A stretch of 64,000 nt of DNA, taken from positions 1,280,001-1,344,000 of the forward strand of contig OY729428.2 in NCBI GenBank assembly GCA_963422375.2. Reading direction: 5' to 3'. Source of the stretch: Bryobacterales bacterium. GTDB taxonomy: Bacteria; Acidobacteriota; Terriglobia; Bryobacterales; UBA6623. The position numbers and the translations under genes are program-made. This document shows positions 31,778 through 41,030 of this stretch, piece by piece (position 1 is the first letter of the stretch; each line of letters begins with the position of its first letter). The notes under the pieces are model-generated. The model made no database searches and had not been told where the DNA came from. It saw only the letters and a list, made by a program, of their open reading frames with translations.

Positions 31778-33067
31778 ATGCTGAGCCACCTGGCGGAGCG
31801 CCGCGCGGGGCGGCATCCCCGCGACCCGGCCCTGGCCTCCCTGCTGGGCGCGCCCGCCGCGACGGCCGCGGGCCGGGCGGTGGACGAGCGGGAGGCGCTG
31901 GGAGCGACCGCGGTCTACGCCTGCGTGCGCAACACGGCCGAGACGCTGGCCGAGATGCCCTGCCGCCTGCGGCGGGTGGCGCGGGACGAGGCCGGCCGCG
32001 AGCGCGGCGAGGACGCCCTGGGGCACCCGCTGCGCCGGGTCCTGCTCGAGGCGCCCAACGCGTGGCAGACGGCCTTCGATTTCTGGGAGTGCGTGGTCGA
32101 GCATCTCGAGCTGAGAGGCAACCACTACTCGGTGGTGCGGCGCGACGGGGCCGGCCGGGCGGCCGGGCTGGAGCCGCTGCATCCCGACCGGGTGGACGTG
32201 CGCTGGGATCCGTCCGAGCGGGCCCCCGGCCGGCGGCCGCTGTACCTCGTGGAGGGGGAGGCCGGCCGGTCCGCGCTGTGGCCGGGCGAGATCTTCCACG
32301 TGAGGGGGCCGATGCAGGGCGACGGCCTGCTGGGCTCCTCCCCGATCCGCATCCACCGCGAGACGGTCGGCATGGCCCTGGCGGCGCGCGAGTACGGCGC
32401 GCGCCTGTTCGCGAACGACTCGCGCCCGGCCGGGGTGATCGAGACCGACGGGGTCTTCGAGGACGAGTCGCGACGGGAGGAATTCAAGCGGCAGTGGAGG
32501 GAGTCCTACGCCGGCCAGCAGCGCCACGGGGTGGCGGTGCTCGAGGCGGGCCTGCGATTCAAGGCCATCGGCATGAGCAACGGCGACGCGCAGTACATCG
32601 AGCTGCGCGGCTTCACCGACCTCGAGATCGCGCGGCTGTTCCGCGTCCCGCCGTACAAGATCGGGGTGCTCGAGAAGAGCACGCTGAACAACGTGGAGCA
32701 GCAGAACCGCGCCTGGGTGACCGACAAGCTGGCCCCGCTGGCGCGGCGCATCGAGGACGCCGTCCAGCGCGACCTGATCGCGCCCTCGAGCCGCGGCTCG
32801 CTGCAGGCGCGCTTCGATTTCTCGCAGCTGCTGCGGGGCGACGTGCGGGCGCGGACCGAGGCCAGCGCGCGGGGCATCCAGTGGGGCTGGCTGAGCCCCA
32901 ACGACGTGCGGGCCCGCGAGGGCCTCAATCCGATCGGGCCGGCAGGCGACGTGTACGTCTCGCCGGTGAACATGCGGCCGATGGCGGACCTGCTGGACGG
33001 GTCCGGCGGCCGGGAAGAGGGCGCGGAAGAGGGAGGCGGCGATGGAGCGCAGGGCGCTGGAGGCTAG
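31778..33067 (+). CDS. HK97-family portal protein
   Basis: AVYACV, PNAWQT, LRGNHY, EIARLFRVPP, NNVEQQ, LLRGD, SPNDVRAREGLNP. Confidence 0.96.
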   Translation: MLSHLAERRAGRHPRDPALASLLGAPAATAAGRAVDEREALGATAVYACVRNTAETLAEMPCRLRRVARDEAGRERGEDALGHPLRRVLLEAPNAWQTAFDFWECVVEHLELRGNHYSVVRRDGAGRAAGLEPLHPDRVDVRWDPSERAPGRRPLYLVEGEAGRSALWPGEIFHVRGPMQGDGLLGSSPIRIHRETVGMALAAREYGARLFANDSRPAGVIETDGVFEDESRREEFKRQWRESYAGQQRHGVAVLEAGLRFKAIGMSNGDAQYIELRGFTDLEIARLFRVPPYKIGVLEKSTLNNVEQQNRAWVTDKLAPLARRIEDAVQRDLIAPSSRGSLQARFDFSQLLRGDVRARTEASARGIQWGWLSPNDVRAREGLNPIGPAGDVYVSPVNMRPMADLLDGSGGREEGAEEGGGDGAQGAGG

Positions 33068-33602
33068 CGGGCTGGAGGCGCGCGCCGGGGACGGCGCCGG
33101 GCCGCCCCGCCTGGAAGGGCACGCGGCGGTCTTCGGGGTCGAGGCGGACGTGGCGGGGATGTTCCGCGAGCGGATCGAGGCGGGGGCCTTCGCGGAGACG
33201 CTCGCGCGGGACGACATCCGGGCGTTGCGGAACCACGACCCGGGGCTCGTGCTGGGGCGCACCAGGGCCGGCACGCTGCGCCTGTCCGAGGACGGGCGCG
33301 GGCTGCTGGCGACGATCGACCCGCCGGACGCCGGCTACGCCCGCGACCTGATCGAGTCGGTGCGGCGCGGGGACGTCAGCGGCATGTCCGTCGGCTTCGC
33401 CGTGCTCGACGAGGCGTGGGGCATGGAAAGCGGCGTCGCGATGCGCACGCTCCGCAAGGTCAAGCTCTACGAGGTGTCGGTGGTGACGTTCCCGGCCTAC
33501 GCCGAGACGGACGTGTCGCTGCGCTCGCTGGAAGCCCGGCGGGCGCCGTGGCGGCGCGCGCTGGCCAGGCGCCGCCTGGAGCTGGAGGAGGCCCGGGCCT
33601 GA
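33042..33602 (+). CDS. HK97-family prohead protease
   Basis: GHAAVF, FRERIEAGAF, NHD..LGRT, GMSVGF, EVSVVTFPAY. Confidence 0.95.
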   Translation: MERRALEASGLEARAGDGAGPPRLEGHAAVFGVEADVAGMFRERIEAGAFAETLARDDIRALRNHDPGLVLGRTRAGTLRLSEDGRGLLATIDPPDAGYARDLIESVRRGDVSGMSVGFAVLDEAWGMESGVAMRTLRKVKLYEVSVVTFPAYAETDVSLRSLEARRAPWRRALARRRLELEEARA

Positions 33603-33645
33603 GGCCCGGCGGGACGGCCCCGACGGGGCCGGAAGGAGCAATCCG

Positions 33646-34860
33646 ATGGAGATTCGGGAGCTGCAGGAGCAGCGGGCGAAGGCCGTGGCCGACGCCAGGG
33701 CGGTGCTGGACCGCGCCGAGAAGGAGAACCGCGACCTCGGCGCCGAGGAGCGGGCGGCCTACGAGCGGGCCCTGGCCGCGGCCGGGGCGCTGAAGGACCG
33801 CATCGAGCGGCGCCGGCGGCAGGACGACCTCGAGCGCGACATGGCCGCGCTGGAGCCGCCGCCGACGGCCCGCGGCGGCGAGCGGCGCTCGCGCGAGGAG
33901 CTGGTCCGGGACGGGTTCCGCGCGTGGATCGTCAGCGGCCGCGAGGCCCGCGACGACGAGGCGGCCCGCGAGTTCCGCGGCCAGACCGCGGGCAGCGCCG
34001 CCGAGGGCGGCTTCCTGACGGTCCCGGAGCGCTTCGTGACCAGCCTGATCCAGGGCCTGGACGACGCCGTCGTGATGCGCGCCTGGGCCACGATCTACCA
34101 GGTCAACGGGGCCGACAGCCTGGGCGTGCCCACGCTGGACCGCGACCCGGACGACCCGGACTGGACGACCGAGCTGCGCACGGGCTCCGAGGACGAGGGC
34201 ATCCGCTTCGGGAAGCGCTCGCTGCACCCGCACCCGCTGGCCAAGCGCGTGCGCATGAGCAACGAGATCCTGCGGCGGGCCGTGCTGCCGGTGGAGACGA
34301 TCCTGCGGCAGCGCCTCGAGTACAAGGTGGCCGCGGCCCAGGAGCGGGCCTTCCTCGCCGGCAGCGGGGCGCACCAGCCGCTGGGCGTGTTCGCCGTCTC
34401 CGACGACGGCATCCCGGCCGCGCGCGACGTGGCCCAGGGCAACAAGGCGACCGAGATCACCTTCGACGGGCTGATCGGGGCGAAGTTCAGCCTCAAGGGC
34501 GGGCACCGGCGCGCGGCGCGCTGGATCTTCCATCGCGACGCGCTCGAGAAGCTGGCCAAGATCAAGGACAAGGACGGGCGCTACATCTGGTCGGGCTCGG
34601 TGCGCGAGGGCGAGCCGGACCGCCTGCTCGGCCTGCCGTTCTTCGAGTCGGAGTTCGCTCCGCGCAAGTTCGTCTCGGGCGAGACGGTCGGCATCCTGGG
34701 CGATTTCCGGCACTACTGGGTCGCCGACGACATGCGGCTGCAGGTCAAGAGACTGGAGGAGCTGTACGCCGAGACCAACCAGGTCGGCCTGATCCTGCGG
34801 GCGGCCACCGACGGCATGCCGGTGCTGGCGGAAGCCTTCGCCCGCGTGAAGCTGGCCTAG
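33646..34860 (+). CDS. HK97-fold major capsid protein with delta domain
   Basis: Coiled-coil N-terminus, EGGFLTVPE, FLAGSG..QPLG, KDKDGRYIW, LLGLP, GDF. Confidence 0.95.
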   Translation: MEIRELQEQRAKAVADARAVLDRAEKENRDLGAEERAAYERALAAAGALKDRIERRRRQDDLERDMAALEPPPTARGGERRSREELVRDGFRAWIVSGREARDDEAAREFRGQTAGSAAEGGFLTVPERFVTSLIQGLDDAVVMRAWATIYQVNGADSLGVPTLDRDPDDPDWTTELRTGSEDEGIRFGKRSLHPHPLAKRVRMSNEILRRAVLPVETILRQRLEYKVAAAQERAFLAGSGAHQPLGVFAVSDDGIPAARDVAQGNKATEITFDGLIGAKFSLKGGHRRAARWIFHRDALEKLAKIKDKDGRYIWSGSVREGEPDRLLGLPFFESEFAPRKFVSGETVGILGDFRHYWVADDMRLQVKRLEELYAETNQVGLILRAATDGMPVLAEAFARVKLA

Positions 34861-34888
34861 GGCCAGCCTGGGGAAAGAGGAGGGGAGC

Positions 34889-35311
34889 ATGAGAGCCCTG
34901 ATCGACCGGGTCCGCGTGATGCGGACCAGCAACGCGGCGGCCGCCGGCAAGACGGACGTCGCCGACGGCACGGCCGTGGACTCGAGCAACTACGAGGGCA
35001 CGCTGTTCGTGGCGGCCGTCGGGACCGTCGTCGACGGCGGCGCCACGGCCGTGCAGGTCGTGGCCAGCGACGAGTCGGACATGAGCGATGCGGAGGAGGT
35101 GGCCGCGGTGGCCGTGCCGGACGGCGGCAGCGACAAGCTGGTGACGATCGACGTGCGCTACGCGCAGCGGCGCTACCTGCGCTGCGTGGTCAAGCGCAAG
35201 ACCGCGAACGCGACGCTCGACGGCGTCGTGGCGCTGCAGTACGGGCCGCGCCGCGAGCCGGCGCCCCGGCACTCGACGGTGCTGGCCTCGGTCCGGGCGG
35301 CGGACCACTAG
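34889..35311 (+). CDS. Putative capsid decoration/cement protein
   Basis: Follows MCP with strong RBS; beta-rich, 'RRYLRCVV' motif. Confidence 0.55.
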   Translation: MRALIDRVRVMRTSNAAAAGKTDVADGTAVDSSNYEGTLFVAAVGTVVDGGATAVQVVASDESDMSDAEEVAAVAVPDGGSDKLVTIDVRYAQRRYLRCVVKRKTANATLDGVVALQYGPRREPAPRHSTVLASVRAADH

Positions 35312-35868
35312 TGCGGACGCTGGAAGCGCTGGACGATCCCGGCGGCCCGCCGCTGGGCCTCGACGCGGTCAAGGCCCACCTGCGGATCGAGGGGGAGGGC
35401 GAGGACGAGGCGGTCCGGCTGATCGCCGCGGCCGCCGCGGCCCGGGCCGAGTCCTTCGCCCGGCTGGGCCTGTCGGCGCGGCGGATGCGGCTGACGCTGG
35501 ACGGCTTCCCGCCGGGAGGGCGGCCCGCGCAACTGCCGCGGCCGCCCGTGCCGGAGGTGGAGTCGGTCCTGTACCTGGGCCCCGACGGGGCCCAGCGCGA
35601 GCTGCCGGCGGACGGGTACCGCCTGGACGCGGCGCGCGGCCGGATCGCCCCGGCCGGCGGCGCCTGGCCGGCCGCGGCCCCCGCCCCGGGGTCGGTGGCG
35701 GTGACCTACCGGGGGGGCTACGCGCGGGCCGCGGACGTGCCCGCGCCCGTGCTGCAGGCGGTCCTGCTGATCGCGGGGAGCCTGTACGAGCATCCCGACG
35801 GGGAGGGGCCCGGGCTGCCGGCCGCGGCGCGGTCGCTGCTGGCCCCCTACCGCCGGATTGCCGCGTGA
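35311..35868 (+). CDS. Head-tail connector (gp6/phiE125 gp8-like)
   Basis: KAHLRI, LPRPP, VTYRGGY, VP..QAVLL...YEH, LLAPYR. Confidence 0.88.
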   Translation: MRTLEALDDPGGPPLGLDAVKAHLRIEGEGEDEAVRLIAAAAAARAESFARLGLSARRMRLTLDGFPPGGRPAQLPRPPVPEVESVLYLGPDGAQRELPADGYRLDAARGRIAPAGGAWPAAAPAPGSVAVTYRGGYARAADVPAPVLQAVLLIAGSLYEHPDGEGPGLPAAARSLLAPYRRIAA

Positions 35869-35878
35869 AGGAGGAACC

Positions 35879-36208
35879 GTGAGAGACGCGCTGATTTTCC
35901 TCGCGCTCGCCGCGACGGCCCTGGCGGGCATGGGCGCGGTGGACGCGCTGGCCGGGCCGCGGCCCGGCGAGCTGGAGCGGGCCCTGGCGGCGTGGCTGGG
36001 CAAGACGTTCACCTGCGCCGGGGCCACGCTGTTCTTTCTCGGGATGAAGAGGGCGCTCTTCCCCGAGTTCGACATCTTGAGGGTGATCCACGGCGAGCCG
36101 CCGTTCAGCCCGCACGGGGAGGACGTGCCCCGGGCGGCCTACATCGTGGGCTGGTGCCTGCTGTACGGGGCGACGCTGCTGGCCTTCGGCTGGGGCGGGG
36201 CGTACTGA
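35879..36208 (+). CDS. Membrane protein, putative holin
   Basis: Three hydrophobic segments, immediately upstream of the endolysin. Confidence 0.5.
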   Translation: MRDALIFLALAATALAGMGAVDALAGPRPGELERALAAWLGKTFTCAGATLFFLGMKRALFPEFDILRVIHGEPPFSPHGEDVPRAAYIVGWCLLYGATLLAFGWGGAY

Positions 36209-36747
36209 TGCTCCTGCTGGCCGCGGCCCTGCTGGCGGTGCCGTGCGAGCTGGCCCCGGTCTTCGAGGCCGAGCTCGGCCGCGCCGGGGCGGCGGCGATG
36301 CGGGCCGAGCTGGCCGCGCAGATCCACCGCGAGTCGTCGTGGCGCCCGCGGGCGCGCTCGCGCTACGCCAGCGGGCTGGCCCAGTTCACCCCGCCGACGT
36401 GGAGCGACATCGCGCCGCTGACGGTCCCGCCCTGCGACGGGGCGGACCCGACCGACCCGGGCTGCGCGATCCGGGCCCAGATCGTCTACATGCGGCGGCT
36501 GCTGGCGCGCTACCGCTTCGACCGCGACCGGTGGGAGTTCGCGTGGGCGGCCTACAACGGCGGCCCGGGCTGGATCGGGCGCGAGAAGTCGCGCTGCCGG
36601 CGCGAGCCGGGCTGCGACCCGCGGCGCTGGACGGGCCACGTCGAGCGGCACTGCATCCGGGCCGCCTGGGCCTGCGCGGAGAACCGCGCCTACCCGGCGA
36701 AAGTCGGGGGCCTCGTGCCCCTGTACCGGGAGGGCGGCTGCCGCTAG
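36208..36747 (+). CDS. Lytic transglycosylase (SLT) endolysin with hydrophobic N-terminus
   Basis: QIHRESSW (catalytic Glu), ASGLAQF, AAYNGG, ENRAYP. Confidence 0.9.
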   Translation: MLLLAAALLAVPCELAPVFEAELGRAGAAAMRAELAAQIHRESSWRPRARSRYASGLAQFTPPTWSDIAPLTVPPCDGADPTDPGCAIRAQIVYMRRLLARYRFDRDRWEFAWAAYNGGPGWIGREKSRCRREPGCDPRRWTGHVERHCIRAAWACAENRAYPAKVGGLVPLYREGGCR

Positions 36748-36766
36748 CGGGCCGGAAGGGAATCCG

Positions 36767-36982
36767 ATGAAGAATCCGATGAAGACGCTGGGGCTCGCGG
36801 CCCTGGGCTGCGCCTCGATCGTGCTCGCGTTCCTGTGGGCGATGAACGTGCACGAGCTGGGGCAGCGGATAGAGCGGATGGCCTTGCTGGCGTTCCAAAT
36901 CGGGCCGGCGGTGGTGTTCGTGTCGTGCGGCGCGCTGGCGCTGCATTTGGCCTGGCAGTGCGCCCGGGGGGACTGCGAGTGA
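36767..36982 (+). CDS. Small two-TM membrane protein
   Basis: Two hydrophobic helices; within the lysis block. Confidence 0.55.
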   Translation: MKNPMKTLGLAALGCASIVLAFLWAMNVHELGQRIERMALLAFQIGPAVVFVSCGALALHLAWQCARGDCE

Positions 36983-37308
36983 CCATGATCGAAGCGTTGT
37001 GCACGGCCCTGGCGCTGGCGTTCCTGTCGCCGCTGGCGGCGTTCGGGGCGGCGGCCTTCGTCGAGGGCGGGCGGCGGCGGCGGGCTTACCGCCGGCTGGC
37101 GTCCGACCCCCTGGTGCGCGTCGGAGCGGCCATCGAGCGGCTGGAGATAGAGGGCCTGCCGCACACCGCCCTGCGGGACTGCCGGATCGTCGAGTTCGGG
37201 GTCGGGCGCATGGCCGTGCGGGACGCCCGGGGCGCGGTGATGACGTTCACCGGGCGGGAGTTCGAGCGCTTGCACCCCGTGTTCGCGCCGCCCGAGGAGC
37301 GGTCGTGA
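36979..37308 (+). CDS. Hypothetical membrane-anchored protein
   Basis: Coupled start/stop overlap, N-terminal TM. Confidence 0.55.
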   Translation: MTMIEALCTALALAFLSPLAAFGAAAFVEGGRRRRAYRRLASDPLVRVGAAIERLEIEGLPHTALRDCRIVEFGVGRMAVRDARGAVMTFTGREFERLHPVFAPPEERS

Positions 37309-37526
37309 CGGCGTTCCGGCCGCGCCCCGTGCCTGTCGCGGCGCTGTTCGCGGGGCTCGTATTGCTCGCGAACGCGCGCTGGCTGGAGATCGCCTGCGGC
37401 CTGCTGCTGGCGGTCGGCGGGCTGGCGGCCACGCTGCAGTCCGGGGCCTGGTCGGCGCTCTGCGGGCCTCTCGAGCGGCTGGCGGAGGCCTGGGAGGCCC
37501 GGAACCGCCGCAAGGGGGGCGCGTGA
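37305..37526 (+). CDS. Small membrane protein
   Basis: GTGA overlap, hydrophobic segments. Confidence 0.5.
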   Translation: MTAFRPRPVPVAALFAGLVLLANARWLEIACGLLLAVGGLAATLQSGAWSALCGPLERLAEAWEARNRRKGGA

Positions 37527-38173
37527 GCGCCTGGGCCCTGGCGGGGGCGCTGGCCGCCGGCGTCGGGCTGGGCTTCGGCCTGGCGGCCCTGCTGCCGTCC
37601 CCGGGCCTGCCCGCGCAGGCGCTCGCCATCTGGGAGCGGGCCGGCCGGGCGCGGATCGAGGCCGAGGCGCGAGCCTACGCGGCGGAGATGGGCTTGCGGG
37701 CCGCGGCCGTGAGGGAGGCTCGCGAGGCGGCCGAGGCCGCCCGCGCCGAGGCCGAGCGGAGGGGCTCGGAAACGGTCGCCGCGGTCGCCGCGGCCGAGCG
37801 GGAGACACTGCCCGTAGCCGCGCTCGACCGGAAGCGCTTGGAGCTGCTCCGCGCGGATCTGCCGGAGGCCCTGCGGGTCAGCGGCGAGGAGATCGAGGCG
37901 CTGTTCCGGCAGGTGGCCGCCTTGCGGGACGCCCTGGCGGCGGCGCGCCGGGAGACCGTTTCCGTGCGGGAGCTGGCCGACCGCTTCGAGGAGCTGGCGC
38001 AGCGCGAGCGGGCGGCCCGGGAGCTGGCCGAGGCCCGCGCCGGGACGCTCGAGGGGAGGCAGCGCTGGAAGCTGCGCTGGGGCGTCGGCGCGACGGCCGG
38101 CGCGGTCAAGGGATTCGGTCCCGGCTGGTCGCCGGGGGCGTCGATGGGCCTGACGGTCCTGTTCGGGAGGTAA
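37523..38173 (+). CDS. Membrane-anchored coiled-coil protein, spanin-like
   Basis: N-terminal TM, long Ala/Glu/Arg coiled coil, C-terminal beta-like segment ending LTVLFGR. Confidence 0.5.
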   Translation: MSAWALAGALAAGVGLGFGLAALLPSPGLPAQALAIWERAGRARIEAEARAYAAEMGLRAAAVREAREAAEAARAEAERRGSETVAAVAAAERETLPVAALDRKRLELLRADLPEALRVSGEEIEALFRQVAALRDALAAARRETVSVRELADRFEELAQRERAARELAEARAGTLEGRQRWKLRWGVGATAGAVKGFGPGWSPGASMGLTVLFGR

Positions 38174-38176
38174 GGA

Positions 38177-38458
38177 ATGGGCGAGTGGGTGCAGGTCGTG
38201 GACAGCGGCGTCAGCCTGGTCATATTGATCGTGGCCGCGGCCTTCTTCGTGCAGCGCGCCACGCGCTCGATGAGCCAGATCGCGGAGATGCACGCGATGG
38301 TGTCCCGGTCCTGCGGGGATCTGGCGGAGACGCACGCCAAGGTCGGCGAGGCCTGCGACCAGCTGGTCTCGCTGACCGGCATGCGCCGCCGGGAGCACGC
38401 CGAGATCCTGCGGGCGATCGAGGAGCTGGGGGCGGCCCGGGAGCGCCGGGAGCGATGA
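38177..38458 (+). CDS. Single-TM protein (holin/antiholin-like)
   Basis: One N-terminal TM followed by a helical tail. Confidence 0.45.
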   Translation: MGEWVQVVDSGVSLVILIVAAAFFVQRATRSMSQIAEMHAMVSRSCGDLAETHAKVGEACDQLVSLTGMRRREHAEILRAIEELGAARERRER

Positions 38459-38778
38459 AGCCGTACCGCCTGGACCGGCGCGTCGTCCTGCTGGAGCCGC
38501 GCCCGGAGCGGGATCCCGCCACCGGCGAGACAGTCGCGGGCGAGCCCGCCGAGCATCCCTGCTGGGCGGCCCGGCGGGACCTCGGCGGGCGCGAGAGGCT
38601 GCGGGACGGGGTGGAGTTCGGCGAGGAGCGCGCCCGCTTCGTGATCCGCTGGCGGGACGGGGTGCGGCCCCACTGGCGGCTGCGCGACGAGCGCGGCGCC
38701 GAGCACGCCATCGAGGGGCTGGCCGAGATCGGCCGCCGCCGCTACCTGGAGATCCTGGCCGCGAGGGCGGGGAGATGA
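38455..38778 (+). CDS. Head closure / head-tail adaptor (SPP1 gp16-like)
   Basis: LDRRV, CWAA, FVIRWRDGV, RRRYLEI. Confidence 0.85.
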   Translation: MKPYRLDRRVVLLEPRPERDPATGETVAGEPAEHPCWAARRDLGGRERLRDGVEFGEERARFVIRWRDGVRPHWRLRDERGAEHAIEGLAEIGRRRYLEILAARAGR

Positions 38779-39146
38779 GCCGCGCGGGCGAGCCGCCCGA
38801 GGAGCACGTGGTGCGCATGGCGCGGGAGGCGGGCCTGGGATGCTACCCGGTCGTCGTGCCGGAGTCCGCCGGGATCCCGGATCCGGCGGTCGCGGCGTGC
38901 GTGTACGCGGCGACGGGCGGGACGCTCTCGCCCTCGCCGGCCTTCCGGGCCGGGGCGCGGCTGACGCGGTCGATCCGCGTGACGGCGCTGGCCGCGCGCT
39001 GGAAGGACGCCCGGGACGCGGCCGACCGCTTCGTCGGCCGGCTGCGGCAGGGCGGCCGCATGATCGCCTGCGCGGGCCCGGTCGACGGGTACGACCCGGA
39101 CCTGGAACTCTACCAGCGGTCGGTGACGGCGGAGATCGCCCTGTGA
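38775..39146 (+). CDS. Putative tail terminator protein
   Basis: Position; YPVVVP, DGYDPD..LYQRS resemble tail-completion proteins. Confidence 0.55.
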   Translation: MSRAGEPPEEHVVRMAREAGLGCYPVVVPESAGIPDPAVAACVYAATGGTLSPSPAFRAGARLTRSIRVTALAARWKDARDAADRFVGRLRQGGRMIACAGPVDGYDPDLELYQRSVTAEIAL

Positions 39147-39628
39147 CGGCCGCCGACGTGGACCTGTCGGGCGCCGCGGCCATGATCCGGGAGCTCGAGT
39201 CGCTGCCCGGCGTCCTGGCCGAGGTCGCGATCGGGGACGGCCTGGCCGCGGCGGCGGAGGAGATCCGGCGCGCCGCGCGGCGCTCGGACGCCTTCGAGGA
39301 CCGTACCGGCGGCCTGCGCCTGTCGCTCGCGGCCAGGCGCGGCAGGCGCAGGTACAGGCCGTCGGCCCTGGTGCTCACCCGGGGGCCCGCGGGGGCGCAC
39401 GGGCACCTGGTGGAGTTCGGCACGGGGCCGCGCGTCGTCCGCAAGACCGGCCGGAGCGCGGGCCGCATGCCGGCCCGGCCGTTCCTGGCGCCGGCCGCGC
39501 GAGCGGCGGGCGACGCCCCGCTCCGGGCGTTCGCCGCCGGCTTGCGCGAGAACTTCCGGCGGGTGGAGCGAGAGATGAAGGGCGAGCGCAAGGCCGGCGC
39601 GAAGACGCGCCGGGCCCTGGCCGCCTAG
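39143..39628 (+). CDS. HK97 gp10-family tail component
   Basis: RTGGLR.S, HLVEFGT, MPARPFLAPA. Confidence 0.85.
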   Translation: MTAADVDLSGAAAMIRELESLPGVLAEVAIGDGLAAAAEEIRRAARRSDAFEDRTGGLRLSLAARRGRRRYRPSALVLTRGPAGAHGHLVEFGTGPRVVRKTGRSAGRMPARPFLAPAARAAGDAPLRAFAAGLRENFRRVEREMKGERKAGAKTRRALAA

Positions 39629-39658
39629 GGAGAGGGACGGAGACGAAAGGTTACACCC

Positions 39659-40312
39659 ATGGGACTCACGGTACACGGCAGCGAGTTCGCCAAGCTCGAG
39701 GTCGAGCTGGGCGGGAAATTCGCCGAGGTGCCCGGCGTGACGGGCTACAGCGAGAGCGGGGGCGAGGCCCCCGACAGGGAGATCGTGTCCTTCGGGACCG
39801 TGGCCAAGCGCACCGGCCTGGCGCGGGTGCCGACGGTCGAGGTGCAGGCCGTCTACCAGCCGGCGCACCCGGTCTGGAAGGGCCTGCGCAAGGCCATGCT
39901 CGACGGCACGGCGCTGCGCTTCCAGCTCGAGACCCGGGGGGAGACGGTCTACGAGATCGACAAGGACGGGCACACGGCGGCGATCGCCGCCAAAAGCGGG
40001 GCGGTGACCTTGGTCGGCGACGAGAAGCCCGACCTGTCCGAGCCGCGGTTCGGCGAGGGGATGGTACTGCAGATCGGCAGCGCCAAGCGGGTCATCCGGT
40101 CGATCTCCGCCGACGGCGCGGCCGCGGTCGAGGGGACCGACGCCGTCGGCGCGGCCAAGGACTACAAGATCCTCCTGCCGTCCCTGCGGCGGGGGCCGTT
40201 CCCCGCCACGGTGCGGTCGGCGGGCAACGTCAGCCTGGAGTCCGAGGGCGACCTCACGACCACGCTGTCCCTGTCGCCGCGGGCGCCGCTGCCCGAGTGG
40301 GTGATCGCGTGA
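39659..40312 (+). CDS. Major tail protein
   Basis: Position before the tail assembly chaperone and tape measure; size and beta-rich composition. Confidence 0.65.
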   Translation: MGLTVHGSEFAKLEVELGGKFAEVPGVTGYSESGGEAPDREIVSFGTVAKRTGLARVPTVEVQAVYQPAHPVWKGLRKAMLDGTALRFQLETRGETVYEIDKDGHTAAIAAKSGAVTLVGDEKPDLSEPRFGEGMVLQIGSAKRVIRSISADGAAAVEGTDAVGAAKDYKILLPSLRRGPFPATVRSAGNVSLESEGDLTTTLSLSPRAPLPEWVIA

Positions 40313-40722
40313 CGGCGCGGGCCGCGGCGAGAAGGCCGGCCGACGCCGCCGGCATCCGGGCCCTGCTGGGGGCGCCGGTCGAGGTCGAGGCCGAGGGGCT
40401 CGCGCTGGAATTGCGCCAGCCGGCCGCGTCGGCGGCTCTCGCGCTGCGCGAGAGCCTGTTCGAGCGCGCGCGCGCGGGGGACCCGGGCGGCGGGTACCTG
40501 CTGGACGCGTCCGCCGAGGCCGCCCGGGCCTGCCTGGGGCTGGACCTGGACGAGGAGGAGGGCAGGCGCCTGGTGATCCGCTGCGGCGGCGAGTCCGGGC
40601 GGCTGGCCCGGGAGTCGCTGAAGCTGTGCGGACTGGCCGCGCTGCTGCCCGCGGAGCCGGAGCCCTCGGAGCCGGGCCCGGACGCGGAGGGCGAGGGCTC
40701 CGACCCGACCCCTTTTTCGTAG
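40309..40722 (+). CDS. Tail assembly chaperone (gpG analogue)
   Basis: Ends at slippery C-CCT-TTT just before its stop. Confidence 0.7.
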   Translation: MTARAAARRPADAAGIRALLGAPVEVEAEGLALELRQPAASAALALRESLFERARAGDPGGGYLLDASAEAARACLGLDLDEEEGRRLVIRCGGESGRLARESLKLCGLAALLPAEPEPSEPGPDAEGEGSDPTPFS

Positions 40723-41030
40723 CCCGGGCCGTGGGGCTGCCGCTGCGCGAGGCCCTGGCCATGCCGTACTCGGAATACCGGGCCTGGGAACGCCACTTCC
40801 GGCGCTGGCCGCCCCTGGAGGCGGTCGCGCCGCGCCTGCTGGCGACCCTGGCCGCCCTGGTGAGTAACGCGGGATTCAAGGTGGACCGCCCGTTGCGTCC
40901 GGACGACTACGCGCCCTGGCTGACGAGCGAGAGCGCGCGGCGCCGCGCGCGGCAGGCCGCGGCGGCCGCGCGAGTCGGGGAAGCGTACCGCAGGAGCGGC
41001 GGGAACGGCAAGAGCGGCAGGCATGGCTGA
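40710..41030 (+). CDS. Tail assembly chaperone frameshift extension (gpGT analogue)
   Basis: -1 frame open from heptamer CCCTTTT (40710-40716): FFVARAVG...MPYSEYRAW, typical of gpT. Confidence 0.7.
   Translation, partial: PFFVARAVGLPLREALAMPYSEYRAWERHFRRWPPLEAVAPRLLATLAALVSNAGFKVDRPLRPDDYAPWLTSESARRRARQAAAAARVGEAYRRSGGNGKSGRHG

Noticed and set aside
29204..33274. 1356-aa minus-strand ORF
   Set aside because: Shadow frame antisense to terminase/portal genes in very GC-rich DNA; no motifs
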